Shown here piece by piece: positions 50,873 through 64,000 of a DNA stretch of 64,000 bases (positions are counted from its first letter, which is position 1; every line of letters begins with the position of its first letter). The notes below the pieces were generated by a model. It ran no database searches. It was not told the origin of the DNA and saw only the letters and a program-made list of their open reading frames with translations. Where the stretch lies: assembly GCA_965113315.1 (NCBI GenBank), contig OZ220365.1. One strand, written 5' to 3'. The translations under genes and the position numbers were made by a program. Source of the stretch: Podarcis vaucheri. Lineage: Eukaryota.

Positions 50873-51757
50873 GCCTAGGACCCACGTACCTACAGGACCG
50901 CCTCTCCTGGTATGCCCCACGGAGGACCTTGAAGTTCACAAACGACAACACTTTGGAGGTCCCAAGTCGCAAGGTGGTTAGATTGGTCTCAACTAGGGCC
51001 AGGGCCTTTTCGGTACTGGCCCCGACTTGGTGGAACGCTCTGTCACAAGAGACTAGGGCCCTGCGGGACTTGACATCTTTCCGCAGGGCCTGCAAGACAG
51101 AGCTGTTCCGCCTGGCCTTTGGTTTGGACTCGGTCTGACCCTTATGTTTCCCTCCCCTTTTGGTTTTGATCTATGGGCTACTATTAAAATGAGGCTGCAT
51201 TTCAAATTGCATTTTTAACCTGTACAGTGGTACCTCGGGTTAAGTACTTAATTCGTTCCAGAGGTCTGTTCTTAACCTGAAACTGTTCTTAACATGAAGC
51301 ACCACTTTAGCTAATGGGTTAATTTAACTATACCCATATCTGCTATGGTCACTGGTGGAAACAAACTTCTCAGGTAACAATATACAGTGGTACCTCGGGT
51401 TAAATACTTAATTCATTCCGGAGGTCCATACTTAACCTGAAACTGTTCTTAACCTGAAGCACCACTTTAGCTAATGGGGCCTCCTCCTGCTGCTGTGCCA
51501 CCGGAGCATGATTTCTGTTCTCATCCTGAAGCAAAGTTCTTAACCCGAGGTACTATTTCTGGGTTAGCAGAGTCTGTAACCTGAAGCGTATGTAACCTGA
51601 AGGGTATGTAACCCGAAGCACCACTGTATTTTAAATTGGTTCACTCTCCACTATTATGTTTTTATTGTAATTTTCCTGGTGTTAGCCGCCCTGAGCCTGG
51701 CTCTGGCTGGGGAGGGTGGGGTATAAATAAAAATTTATTATTATTTATTTGTATTAT
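50873..51757 (+). mobile_element. L2 LINE 3' end carrying a composite MITE insertion
   Basis: TRARAFSVLAPTWWNAL...ACKTELFRLAF*; 3' UTR and TTA-rich tail. Confidence 0.9.
51225..51626 (+). mobile_element. Composite MITE: partial copy (51225-51318), 65-bp filler, full copy (51385-51626)
   Basis: Two CAGTGGTACCTCGGGTTAA starts, one right TIR, TA flanks. Confidence 0.93.
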
Positions 51758-52167
51758 TAAAGACAGAGGGCACTTAGCAGCACCTGTAGAAGTGACAAAT
51801 GAGGAAGTGGGAGAGACGAGGTGATGGAGATTCACTTGGGACAATGCCATTATCCAAGAAGCTGGTTTCTAAAGCCTCTCTCTGTAAAGATTGAATTCAA
51901 AAAGGACTGTAAGAAACTTTCCCCTGTCTTTATACTTTCCTGAGCAACCAGCCGGGAGCTGCTGACAGCATCCTGACAATAGCGGGAGAATTCACATAAT
52001 GTTTGCATGCCCAACATCTTATGCTCCAAGAAGCTATGCACATCCTGCTACTCTCATATATTGTCATGGGCCTCAAACAGTCTTGACAAAGAAGAGAATG
52101 CATCTTTGAGAGATGGAATATTCTGACATTCTCATTCTATGCCAGGGGAAATCCATCATTAGAATTA

Positions 52168-52812
52168 CCGTATTTTTTGCACCATAACACTCACTTTTTT
52201 CCTCCTAGAAAGTAAGGGGAAATGTCTGTGCGTGTTATGGAGTGAATGCCTACGGATGGCGGGGGATCTGGTGCAATCGTGAGCAGAGGATCCATGGTTC
52301 CCCTTCCTTCCCTCCTCCGTGGCTCGCTTTGAAACAGCAAAGCGAGAGAAGAGCCGCTGAGTGGGGAGGAGAGAGGGACAGAGAGCCTGCTTGCTTTAAA
52401 GGAGCAAAGCAGTGTAAGCGGCTCCTGTCTGGTTGGCTCCTTTAAAGCAAGCAGGCTCTCTGTCCCTCTCAGCTGACTAAATAGCAGCAAAGTTTTCCAG
52501 TGAGCCAGGGAGGAGGGAGAAAAGCATCTTCTGCATTATTAACAGCATCTTTCTCCACCCACCCCACGCGTGTTCCTTGTCCCTTGAGTGCTTTTCCTTC
52601 CCTCCCCACTTAAAACATGGTTACAAAGCACGGATCCACATGGATCCTCAGGATTTTTGCATTGGGCTACCTCAAACTCACTGTCAGATCACATGTCTGT
52701 GGCCACAGCATGAACCACAAAAATCATACATCCACTGTTTCGTTTAGAATATTTTTTTTTCTTGTTTTCCTCCTCTAAAAACTATGTGCGTGTTATAGAA
52801 CGAAAAATATAT
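52168..52812 (+). mobile_element. CCGTATTTT-family non-autonomous element
   Basis: Both ends homologous to 24693-25363; right TIR degraded. Confidence 0.85.
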
Positions 52813-52974
52813 GTGTTCTGTTTGGAATAATTTGGCTGTTTCTTGGTGCAGACCAAGGTCATTGAGCCTGAGCTTCCATAACCACTGCCCGCCATGAAGT
52901 ACCATGGACAGGATTGGCAGTAACAGCAGCAAATATGTTCTGTGCTTATGATAATACTTTATTCTCTTGCCAAT

Positions 52975-53215
52975 TGTGCTGCCATAAATGTGCATTTTAA
53001 ATTTGACTTCCTTTAGTAATGTTTTCTTTTCAAATGTTTATTTTTTATTGTTTTGCTAATGTTGCTGCATTAAATGTGCATTCTGTAGTTGACTTCCTTT
53101 GTAATGTTTTTATTTTGAAATCTTGAAGATAACATTTTTGTTAATTATGTTGCTTTGAATGGATACTTTATATTTGACTTTCTTCTGTAATGTTTTATTC
53201 TAGATAGTTTTATTT
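52975..53215. repeat. Degenerate tandem repeat, about 3 x 85-86 bp
   Basis: AATG...TTGACTT...GTAATGTTTT recurs from 52985, 53071 and 53156. Confidence 0.7.
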
Positions 53216-54443
53216 GATGTTTTAATGTAGGTTGAGATTGTTTTCTTAAAATATGTAAAGTAATAAAATTATCATAATGAATCATCATCATCATCAAAAT
53301 AGTGAAAGTCAGCAGAGAACTTTAAGACATATTTTTTAATGTGGGGAATTTTTATTCCATATAATGTCATTTTTATGTGTTTAAATTGTTATGCCCAGCC
53401 TTTAAAATGAGTATATAGGCTATAAATCTAAAAAAAAACAAGTAAACAAAATTCATTTTAAAAATCCAGCCACATTTAGGATTTATACAGCCACTGATTC
53501 CACTACTTGTCACCCAGATGCCAAAAATATTGTAGTGCATCCTATATTTCAGTACTTACAATTATCAAAATAGAACCAAAACAATTTATTTTGTTTTATT
53601 TAAATGCTAGTCATTTTTTCGACTTTGGATTTTGAAAATTGTAAGCTTTAATGCTTTCCTAATTTAAATGCAGGTTATAAAGCTCTGGCCTAACTAATCT
53701 CTAGAAATCTGATCACCCTCCTTAATAGCAATTCTCTAATGCAAACACTCTCATCTTTTTGTCAATAAATCCTTCTCAATTTATTTAGATCTACTGGCTG
53801 AGCATAACCACTGGCATATTCCCTGTAGTTACATCCCACTGTATCAGAGAAGATGGATAAAAGGTCAACAAATTCAACTCCTGAAGGGCCATTGGGAAAT
53901 GCAAATTCTACTTTGAGCACACATACAGAAGTTTGGGTGGAAGGAAAGACCACCTGCTCAGTTACCTTCCTGGTCAGTGATGTCATGAGATTTTAGTTTG
54001 TCGAACTCAACCTGGGACAGCTGCCACCAGAAATCGAGCTGTCTCCCTATATGCTTCATTTAGCAGAGGCCATCTGTATATCAGAACTACCTCTGAGGCT
54101 AAAAGACAGGAAGAGAGCATCAGGAAGACGCTGGAGTGCTAATCAAAGTCAGAAGATGACTATCGGGCTTCTGTGAAAACGGTCTGTTAGCTTTTTATTG
54201 GAGCTGTACAAGACAAATCTGAGTCTATTGGCTTTATTTTCTGGGGGAACTGCTACAGTATTATCTCCACTCTTAACATCTACCTCTCAAACATTTTAGA
54301 GAAGGGGAGGAGAGGGACAACAGTTGTCTTCAGCTGCACACAAGGAGGGGGTTACATCAACATTATTATTTTTTGAATGTACTAATTGCAAAGAGAAGTA
54401 CGTAGACCTTGACTGAACATTTAGCCTTCAGGCCTCTTAATTA

Positions 54444-54496
54444 TCTTCTTCTTCTTCTTCTTCTTCTTCTTCTTCTTCTTCTTCTTCTTCTTCTTC
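54444..54496. repeat. (CTT)n microsatellite
   Basis: Direct reading. Confidence 0.95.
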
Positions 54497-55911
54497 TCTT
54501 GTTACATTTTCCTCCAAACAAAGCCCAAAGCTATAAAATCACCAGGCTTAATCTTCACTTCAAGAACCAAAAGCCACCTGTGTCTCACTGGAGATGTCCT
54601 AACCTGAAAGTTGTGCCGTGTACTAAGTTGTGCAGTTAGGTTATTAGACTCTGTGCTTAATGGTTTTATGAGTGCCCAGGACTTTAGATGGTAGATGGTA
54701 TTGTTGGTTGGTTGGTTGGATGGTTAGATGGTATTGTGTATTAGCTACCCCTACTGCATTTGGGGGTCTTCCCACTCATTCTGTTGAGTGGGGCCCTGGA
54801 CTTCTGCTCTAAAGTCCTAACCTAATGGTGCAGTAGCATTCTCCAGTTCTTGTCAAAGTGAATTACATACTCATTAACCACTGACTGATCACACAATACT
54901 AGACCTCACTCTATATAAACATTTGACCATATTTCTTATCTCCAGAATAACTCATCCTCACCCCAAGGCTTTCTGAACTCTGCCTGCTTCCGTGACAGCA
55001 GTACCACACACTCCTCCTGCTATGGGCTGGCTTCAGAACAGGTGTGGTTCCATTATCCTTGGCCATTGGACGTTCTTTCTGGGACTGATGGGAGTTGTCC
55101 TTCAGCAACATCTGGAAGGTCACCTCCTTTAGAGATAAACAAGAATATTCTTCTTTTCTGATTCATTAGGGGAAAGATACTAAATTAGTCTCCTAAATGT
55201 ACACCTTGGGAGTCCAAACAGGGCAAAGGGGAGTTCTAGTGGAAGGAACCCCTAACTTCACAGTGGGTCAAAACAACTCCTCTAGCCCCGCTTCCAAATC
55301 TTGCTCCAGCTATGGATGTATTCACATGTCCCCTTTCCAGTAAGGAATACTGGGTTGGATTCAACAAAGTGGTCCACTTCACACAATGACTTCTGTTTGT
55401 ATAACATAGCTTATTCTCATGCCCTTCCCCTGAGGATTGGGGTGGACTCCAAGAACAGACTGGGTGGGTGTGTGGTAGAGAAGGAAGAGAAGGAAAATTA
55501 TATTATTGCCTTGCCCATTTCTCTGTTTGTGCTGCCAGGAAATTATGACCCAAATTTATAGCTCAACTCTGCATGCCTTTCCCCCCTTTGCTATGGCACA
55601 TAACTAAGTAAATAAAGTTGTTACTGTTACTCAGGGCCAGCCCAATGATAAAGCAAAGTGAGGCAGCTGCCTCAGACAGCAGGTGCTGAGGTGCAGGGAG
55701 TGGACAGTGTTGGGGGTGCTACATGGCCTGCCCTGTCCCCATACGCTAGCCTTCTGTCCTCAACTGCGGTCCTTTAACCAGTATTGGACCAGTATTCAAC
55801 TACCAGTCCAGTTGGCCCCTGTATATTCCCTGAGAGAGAACGCCATTGTGCCTCAGGCAGCAAAATATATTGAGCCGGCTTTACTGTTAGTGTTACCCTG
55901 GGTGTTCCTTC

Positions 55912-56178
55912 CCAGTGTGGTGTAGCGGTTAAGAGCGGTAGTCTCGTAATCTGGGGAACCGGGTTCGTGTCTCCGCTCCTCCACATGTAGCTGCTGGGTG
56001 ACCTTGGGCTAGTCACACTTCTCTGAAGTCTCTCAGCCCCACTCACCTCACAGAGTATTTGTTGTGGGGGAGGAAGGGAAAGGAAAATGTTAGCTGCTTT
56101 GAGACTCCTTCAGGTAGTGATAAAGCGGGATATCAAATCCAAACTCCTCCTCCTCCTCCTCCTCTTCTTCTTCTTCTT

Positions 56179-56208
<30 letters not shown>
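55912..56208 (+). mobile_element. Squam3-type SINE with long (CTC)(CTT) tail
   Basis: Near-identical to 48655-48915. Confidence 0.93.
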
Positions 56209-56209
<1 letters not shown>

Positions 56210-57978
56210 TCTGCCTGCTTGCCTCTAGGAAGGCAAGCCAGGAGGAGGTAGAAGAAATGTGGATGCTTTGTGTACATTAGCATTGGTTTCCTCTTCTCTT
56301 GCTAAGTCTAGGCCAGGCTTCCAGGGTGGGTGTGTCCCCTGCAGGACAGGAGGCTTCAGGACAACTTCAACCCATTGTGACATAGGGATCATTGCTGGAA
56401 ATGGATACATATTTTATATATATCCAATGACAGTCTTTTCAAGAATCTGCAGACTAAGCTTTTTGTTGCACTGACATAAATCCAGAGCGGAAAGTCAGTG
56501 CCTTAATACATGGCCATTGAGATGAGCATTTATGGAATGCTTTCTGCTGTAGCCAAACATTTCAATGTGAGCATTTCATGTCATTCTATTTTGAAATGCT
56601 TCAAGATAATGTGACATGCCAAAATAGCTTAAGCAAAAATAGTTTTATCCTAAGCATGGCAGAACAATAAAACATTCTGTTTCTTGACATACAGCCTAAA
56701 TTATACTTTCAGAAAAGCATTATTGCTTCTGAAGTGGCGAATTTCGAAAGTTTGATTATTTTTTGTCCCAGACTACTTCATTGTGAGTTTTTCTTTTTAA
56801 TTAAAATGAATATAGTCTCTTATCATTGCCAGCTTAAAAAAAACCAAACAAACCCAAAGGTGTTACATCTTTCAAGGGTTTTCATGCTAAATCCATGTTA
56901 ACAAAACAAATTCTGTGTCCTACGTTTCTAAGGCATATGAGGTGTCACTTTCCTATTTAAGATTTGTATGCTAACACGCTCCCCCCAACTCTCAGTTAAA
57001 TTCTGTGTGTTGCTGCTCCAACTAAACCTTCATAATTGCACATTGAGAAATCTGTTCTTTGCTTTCTTGGGATGCGGCACTAGCATCAACCTGACTGAGG
57101 AATACTCCAATATAAAGGGGAAGAGAAAGAAATGCAGGCAACATGTCAATCTATAAGACTCGGAGCTGCAGAATCTAACCCATTTTGAAGGGATTAGGAA
57201 GTAATGCTAAATGTTCTCCAGGGTCAATTTTTGCCTCAAGAGTATCTATTTCAGGGGACTGAAATTCTCTCCACATGCCCAATGCGATGACATCAGAGCA
57301 CAACGTACCTAATCTGATTTAGCTGTATCTGGCAATCGACAGACCACCCTTTCCTCCAATGAATTGTACGTTTCTGAAACATTGTGATTAGGGCAGCCAA
57401 AGCACCTGCTCTCCCTTTGCCATCCCAGGGCAAGTGAGAGCTGACAATGACCTTTTGCAGGGATTCCTCAGGGTTTCAGGGAAACAGCTGTGCAATCTCA
57501 CACCTTTTTTGGTCTTTTTACGACTTGCGTGGCTCAGGTGTGCTCATAGTGCCCTATTTGCTGCAGTGCATAAAATGCCTAGGGTTTTGTTTTTTTACTG
57601 AATATAGGCAGATGCTTAGAAAGGCCAAATAAGAACCCACAGGCAGACTGGCTTCTTTTGTTTTTGGAGAGATTACACCCCATCTGAGGTCGCCTCCACT
57701 GTCAGTATTTTGCAGGAGGGGTTCTCTCCCCCCCCCACACACTGGGGATTTTACTTTGCACAATTAAAGTGGATTAGAGAACTCTGTTGCCCTAGCACAA
57801 CAAATCCACTTTAAAAAGTAAGAGATGGACTTCTTGCAGCTAGGAAAGTTTCAGGGAAATAAATGGAAAAGTGTGGGATGAATGATTAATTAATTAATTA
57901 ATTAAATAGGAAGACAGAGAAATGCTCCACAATCAAATCAGGAAGAAAACTCATTTCAGTATTAAATAACAGGCTGCA

Positions 57979-58598
57979 GTTGTTGGCATTCATCTGTCTC
58001 AGGAGGCAATGGATGAGTTTGCCTTGGGGGGTGAAGTCAAACCATTGGACGGTTACAGCACCTACTGTGGCTCCAGAGATCAATACGGGAGAGACATGTT
58101 TTATTGCAGCTGGGGCAGATGAAAGCATCTGGTTGCAGGTGTACCATGGCGTTTCTTCTTTCGGTGCTCATCCCAATGGTCATGCCTCCTCTGGTCAGTG
58201 CTGTGGACGCATGACCTGACTGTCTGTCTCTGGGCACTGTGGTCATCTGCATGGGATTCCAACACAATGAGGTTGATGCTGCCAGCCATCATGTCATGTT
58301 TGTAGGCATCTTTGAAACTCGGAGTTGGTCTGTCAACGAGCCTGGTGCCTGTAGAGCACATCCTTGTGAATCTTGCCGTTTTCCGTTCTGTGTACATGAC
58401 CAAGCCAGTGTATATGTCTCTGAGACAGGAGTGCAAACATACTGGGAATGTGGGCTTGGGAGAACTCTTCTTCGAGACTCTGTCCTGCCATGTGGTGCCC
58501 AAAATCTTCCAGATGCAATGCATGTGGAAGGCATTGAGGCATCGCTCCTGGGAGTTGTAAGTTGCCCATGACTCACTACCATAATGCAGTGTGCTCAA
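57979..58598 (-). mobile_element. RTE-clade LINE 3' fragment
   Basis: Minus peptides STLHYGSESWATY...LNAFHMHC..KILG..WQDRV, WLGHVHR and the zinc knuckle FICPSCNKTCLSRIDLWSHSRCC; (CAA)n end. Confidence 0.92.
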
Positions 58599-59610
58599 CC
58601 TGCCAGCCTAGCAGTCTTGGTATCTTGGTATTGGATATTAGCATCACTTTCTCCCATACCTTTCTGGAGAGACGGGCAGTAGCAATTCTGTTTCCCAGTG
58701 TGTTAGAGTGGGCCTCTTGCTAGGCAGAATTTACTTGTTATAGCTGTCACTGCATGTTGGTACTGCAAGCCATTGTAGGGAAAGGTAATATATGAGATGC
58801 ATCAGCTGTGGAAGGGCCACAGAAGGTCAGAGTACTTGATGTACTCTTAAGAGAGGAATATATCCTAAAATAGATAATGGTGTGCATGTTAATGGAGAAT
58901 TTGAAAAAGGTGTTTTCCCCTCCCAGAAGCTGAATTAAAATACCATTTTACATGTTTAATATTTGAAATGTGCTCTCAGGGAAGAAATCTTGATTTTAGA
59001 TATTTGATCCAGCCTCTCTTTATGAGCTGCCACAACCCTTTATAACCATTCTTCCTTTACCCTGAGATTCCCTTCTAATCAAACTGATCCGTTGAAAAAA
59101 GAAGAGAGGCTTAGCTGACATGTCACCTGGCTTACCCCAGTCATAGAATTCAGCCCAGTGAGAGCAAGATCTGAAACGATGTACATAAAGAAACCGTCAA
59201 AGGAAGACGCCTGCTTTTGCTCTCAACTACCTGAATATTGTGAAAATCTTTGGCTTTTTCCACAACGAAAAAAGAGCAGGAAGATGTGGAGAGAGGAAAG
59301 TCACTGGGTGAGAGAACAAAGGCACTGCTTCTGGTCTGTTGCTCACTTTTCAGAGTCTGATGTCGGAAGGGCAGCCAGATAATCTTGTCCAAACCAGCGA
59401 CAGCTCACACCTACTGTTCCCATTAAAAAAACAGAACAAAAACCATCTGATTAAAGTAGCACAGTCTTTAGTAATCAGGTGCTACACAGATCACCTAAAA
59501 ATGTCAAGTTAGAAATGGTGACTACGATGGTTGAACTCAACGGGCCTTACTTTTAGGTAAGTAGGTATGGAGTTGCAGCCTTAGAAACATTTGTGCACAT
59601 TTTCCTGGGA

Positions 59611-59983
59611 GTAAAGGTAAAGGGCCCCTGGACAATTAAGTCCAGTCGAATTCGACTTTGGGGTGCATCTCCACTTTCAGGCTGAGGGAACCGGCGTTTG
59701 TCCTCAGACAGCTTTCTGTGGTCATGTGGCTAGTATGACTAAACCACTTCTGGTGCAATGGAACACCATGACAGAAGCCAGAATGCATGGAAATGTCGTA
59801 TACCTTCCCGCTGCAACAGTACCTATTTATCTACTCGTGCTGGTATGCTTTCAAACTGCTAGGTTGGCAGGGGCTGGGACAGAGCAACAGGAGCTCACTC
59901 TGTCGTGGGGCTTCAAACCGCCGACCTTCCAATTGGCAAGCCCAAGTGGCTCAGTGGTTTAAACCACAGCGCCACCCATGTCC
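59611..59983 (-). mobile_element. Sauria SINE
   Basis: Full-length Sauria sequence; flanks TCCTGGGAGTAA / TCCTGGTAGTAA. Confidence 0.93.
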
Positions 59984-60078
59984 TGGTAGTAAGACCCATT
60001 GAACACAGTGAAATGAGTGAGTATGCATAGGACTGGGCTGTAAAGATGTGAAGGACAACAAATGTTTCCAGATGTGGT

Positions 60079-61219
60079 AAACAGCAGTCAGCAATCAGAT
60101 ATTTTGTGGCCATCATTCACACACCAGCTGACTGTTCACTAGTTTGGGTGGATACCGAGCACAAAATATGCTTCAGAGTGGCGATGGAATGTGGCTTGGG
60201 ATGCCAACTTGGCCTACCAGAGCACGTCAGAGTTTCCTGGATATTGATGCACGGTATGTGCAATGAAGAGTTTTTTGCCGATTGCGAAGGCCAGGGGGTC
60301 TCCCTCCGCATTGATTGTGCAGCTGGGAGTGAACGAGTTGCCCTTGCAGAAGGGTGTAAACTTGAGATCAAGCATTGAAAAGGACTTGGAGGAGTTGTCA
60401 ACAACGTTCCCCAAAAACGACACTTTTGTGGTCACAACTCCTGGAAAGACGCGTTTAGCACAACCGTCTTTGCCCAGCTGCCACTAACAAAGCCAGGAAA
60501 CTCTTGCATCGAGCTGTGATGTGCAAGGTGTTGTCACTGGGTGGCCAGGTGATGTGCCACCCAGGACTTGCGTACCACAATGAGGTGCTTTACCGTGCAG
60601 ATGGCATTCATCTTTCTGACTCCAGAAATGATGTGTGATTGGCCAATATTATCAAATGCATAAGAGGCTGGTTGCAGGTGTGAGTGTATTGGTGGCGAAC
60701 TTTGGGCTTGTGTGGTGGTTAGACATTGGAATAGCGATGTGTGGGGGAGGGGAGGTGCAGCCATCACCTGCCCCTCCGTACTCAAGGGTATTCCAATAAA
60801 GGAATCCCGGGGTGTGGATCTTGTCCGAAGCCAGGGGAGGGGCTAGGGCCATGCCACGACCCCAGCGGGAACCCAGGGGATGCTCAAGTCGATCCACATT
60901 GGCGGGACTCCCCCTACTGGTGGTTTACCCTTACCAGGCTCCCTGCAAGGCGGGCAGGAGTCAGATATAGTCTGTTGATGCCAATGCCTAAGCCAATACC
61001 ACTCACATTCTGTAACCAATAAAGTTTTGGCCTAAATTTTGCCCATTAACATTAACCTAAAATTCTGTGTCCTTGTGTCTTTATTCTCATGGGGGTGGCT
61101 TAGAACTGTGGCATGCAAACAGCAGTCAGCAACAGATATTTTGTGGCCATCATTCACACACCAGCTGACTGTTCACTAGCTTGGGTGGATACTGAGCACA
61201 AAATGTGCTTTAGAGTGGC
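60079..61219 (+). repeat. About 104-bp direct repeat (60079-60182 and 61117-61219) flanking a retroelement fragment
   Basis: Direct alignment: 4 substitutions and 1 indel. Confidence 0.95.
60183..61118 (+). mobile_element. 3' fragment of a Ngaro-type (DIRS order) retrotransposon with disrupted SGNH-hydrolase ORF
   Basis: Across two frameshifts: QLGLPEHVRVSW...PSALIVQLGVNEL (block III-like)...LWSQLLERRV*...LYRADGIHLS (DxxH block V)...IRGWLQV* ending at 60683, then a GC-rich UTR and AATAAAGTTTTGGCC. Confidence 0.8.
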
Positions 61220-62488
61220 CCATATAATTTTTAAGTTATGTAGAAGTACCTCTGAAAAAAACATCTAGGCATAGCTCTAGGAAAGATAGATCTATCAACA
61301 TATTTTTTTATAGACTTTTGAAAGACACTGATAAAATCAATGAATAAATCAAATGGTAGTCAAGGTTTTTTTTTAATACAAAAAAATCAAATGTGGAACC
61401 AAAATATTAGAATAGCAGGTGGTGAAAAATGATTGTAGAATATATATGGGGAAATGGGCAGGAGACAGTCATCCTAACAGTGATAAGCTGGAGAGAGAAC
61501 TGTCTTCTTACAGTCCCAAATCATGTAAATGAAAAACAGAAATCATTACACACTTGGATCCCCAGGAGTAACTGAGAGAAGAGAATGGATTTCAGAATAG
61601 CTTTCCCCGTGAGATGAAACTGTGTAATACAATTGGAAATTGATTTGAAGGCATCTGCACACATATATAGGGCAGTTTAAAACTCATGTATACACTTCAC
61701 CTGCTTTTCCATTCTCTATTTTTGCTATTCAGGAATGGAAGGATATCTGATAGTATGTATTTTTGAGTGAGTAAAAATATGAGTTATAACCTCTCAGTTT
61801 GGATTTGGTGTCCTGATGCAGAGAGCTTCCTAGCCTGTCAGTCAACAAATGTCATCTGAAAGGAAAATCCTTCTTCCACATTCTTCCCCATCTCTGGTTT
61901 CTATGAACACACACACACACACACAAATATATATATGAAAATAACAAGTTACAGTGACTTTTTTGTTCAGTACAGGAATGGCACACAGTTACAAAATCCA
62001 TATTAATAGGACAAAAAAAATCAGGTTAACTGGTGAACTAAGAAAAGCAAAACATGAAATAGCAGTAGGGTAATACCATTATATAAAAAGAGGCATGAAA
62101 TTTAACAAATGTATAAACAAAGCTAGTTTTTCCATCAGCCAAATTGGTACTGGTGATAGTATAGTACCAGAGACTGCTAAGAGAAGGAATGGGGTAGCTC
62201 GGGTCCAGGGAGCATATGTGGACCTCCAGACTTCCCTACCTGGCCCTCACGACTCTCCACAGTCCACACAACCTCCCAGCCAAGCCCCTCACCAGGTATG
62301 CTTGAATGTATTTGGCTGGATGGAATGTGTCTTGGACTCTGATGATGCTTCTTGCTTGCCTGAATGGAGGATAGAAAGGGATGTAGTAATTGCGAAGAAG
62401 CTCTAGCTTCCATTGTTGAACTTAAATGTGGAGTCTCACCTCCATAGCTGTGTGATCTGTAATTTAACTACACCCATATCTGCTATGG

Positions 62489-62843
62489 GTGGCGCTGTGG
62501 GTAAAACCTCAGTGCCTAGGACTTGCCAATCGTATGGTTGGTGGTTCGAATCCCCACGGCGGGGTGAGCTCCCGTTGCTCGGTCCCTGCTCCTGCCTACC
62601 TAGCAGTTCGAAAGCACTTCAAGTGCAAGTAGATAAATAGGTACCGCTTTATAGCGGGAAGGTAAACGGCATTTCCGTGTGCTGCGCGGGTGCTGGCTCG
62701 CCAGAGCAGCTTCGTCACGCTGGCCACGTGACCCGGAAGTGTCTGCGGACAGCGCTGGCTCCCGGCCTCTTGAGATGAGCGCACAACCCTAGATGCGGAC
62801 ACGACTGGCCCATATGGGCAGGGGTACCTTTACCTTTACCTTT
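62489..62843 (+). mobile_element. Sauria SINE, young
   Basis: Many CpGs retained, (ACCTTT)3 tail, perfect 13-bp TSD ATATCTGCTATGG at 62476-62488 and 62844-62856. Confidence 0.97.
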
Positions 62844-64000
62844 ATATCTGCTATGGTCACTGGTGGAAACAAACTTCTCAGGTAACAATATAGCCAGATC
62901 ATGGAATGATTCCAGTCCTTCTCTGTGAGGTTAGTCAATCAAGTTAAAGCTCAAAAGAAGGGACTCTTGTGATAGGTTGTGGAACTGAGCATTTAAGTTG
63001 CCTATCTATGGATTGTTTTAATGTATTCTCTCTTGTATACACCAATATTGATCACATCAGCTTCACCCTCCAGATTCTTTCCCTTGATTGAGTGAAATTT
63101 CCTAGCATTTGAAGTGCACATTGCATTTTTAATTTCTCAGGCAATGTTTGAATGGCAAAATGGGGAAATCTGCCAAATTATGAACATTTTTCATGTTCAC
63201 TTCAGCTCTCATTTGTTTCCAAGGAAAAAAGAAAAGTACTTGGCAAAGGAAGGGAGTGTATGACCAAGAATTAGAGCAGACACTCAGAAATATGATCTAT
63301 GAAGGGATTTAACTCCTCGTCATTTCCAACATCCAACTCTGATTGGGAAGCAGAACTACCTTTGATCATGTTCCATTTATTCCTTGAATTTAAGAAAAAA
63401 ACCTGTCCTCTTTCTTAAAATGCACATCCAAACTTCACACTGCATTGAGAGAAATTCTGCTTTTTGGAGAAGGTCAAAATATGAAAAGGCGAATTTCTTT
63501 GCCTTCAGAATGAGTGATTGCTCTCTTGTTTAGCAGTGTTGTGTTATTCTGTGCCAGAACTTCTCATTCACAAATCACTGGAGAGGACAAAGGAGATTAT
63601 TACTGCTCTTTGAAGTAAAGCAAGGGTTAGGGTCTGCATTGTGTATGTGTGTGACAGAAGACAGAAGGGAGTGTTTAACAGCTCAGAAAGTACAATATTT
63701 TTGAATCTGATGATGAAATGAAACTGCGTAAATCTCAATAGCAGGAAAAAATATTTCAGAAGGTACAATAACAAAGAATAAAACTCTTGAATAAGGAGCT
63801 GGGTGTCTTTGAATGGGCTCATTCTTATGTAAAGATTCCTATTGGCCTGAACTCCATTCATCAGTTTGTTCTAAGGAAGCATTTTGTATTCTGTGTTCAA
63901 AGGAAAAGTTTATGGTTAGCATTTCATGACGTTCGTGTGGTGATGGGTTAAAGTATTGACATTTTTAATGAATGCACCTGAATGAATAGGAAAATTTATA

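Noticed and set aside
54409-54639. Poly-Leu ORFs resembling signal or membrane peptides (also 56059-56280)
   Set aside because: Translations of (CTT)n microsatellites and SINE tails.
59158-59382. Purine-rich ORF considered as a possible exon (also 30137-30322)
   Set aside because: No recognisable protein similarity and no convincing splice-site pair; unsupported without RNA data.

Overview
Non-coding vertebrate DNA, almost certainly a squamate and probably a lacertid lizard. This is inferred from abundant Sauria/Squam1 and Squam3-type SINEs, a CR1 with an (ATTCTATG)n tail, and L2, RTE, Penelope, Ngaro/DIRS, solo-LTR and Tc1/mariner/hAT MITE remnants. I found no host protein-coding gene or intact RNA gene; the ORF track is chance ORFs plus transposon fragments. 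There is a 139-N gap at 33115-33253. The notable signals are structural: (1) an inverted duplication about 19 kb apart with a step in identity and a chimaeric SINE at its end; (2) a 65-bp copy of the pre-insertion allele of a locus 11 kb away, trapped inside a duplicated MITE; (3) a Ngaro SGNH-hydrolase fragment flanked by a ~104-bp direct repeat; (4) Penelope minimal hammerhead ribozyme motifs; (5) a cluster of three solo LTRs, two of them same-family and inverted; (6) several nested TE stacks; (7) a possible mitochondrial control-region NUMT. I see no evidence for a new multi-gene system. Family names come from recognition of motifs, not from a database search, and all alignments were done by eye.
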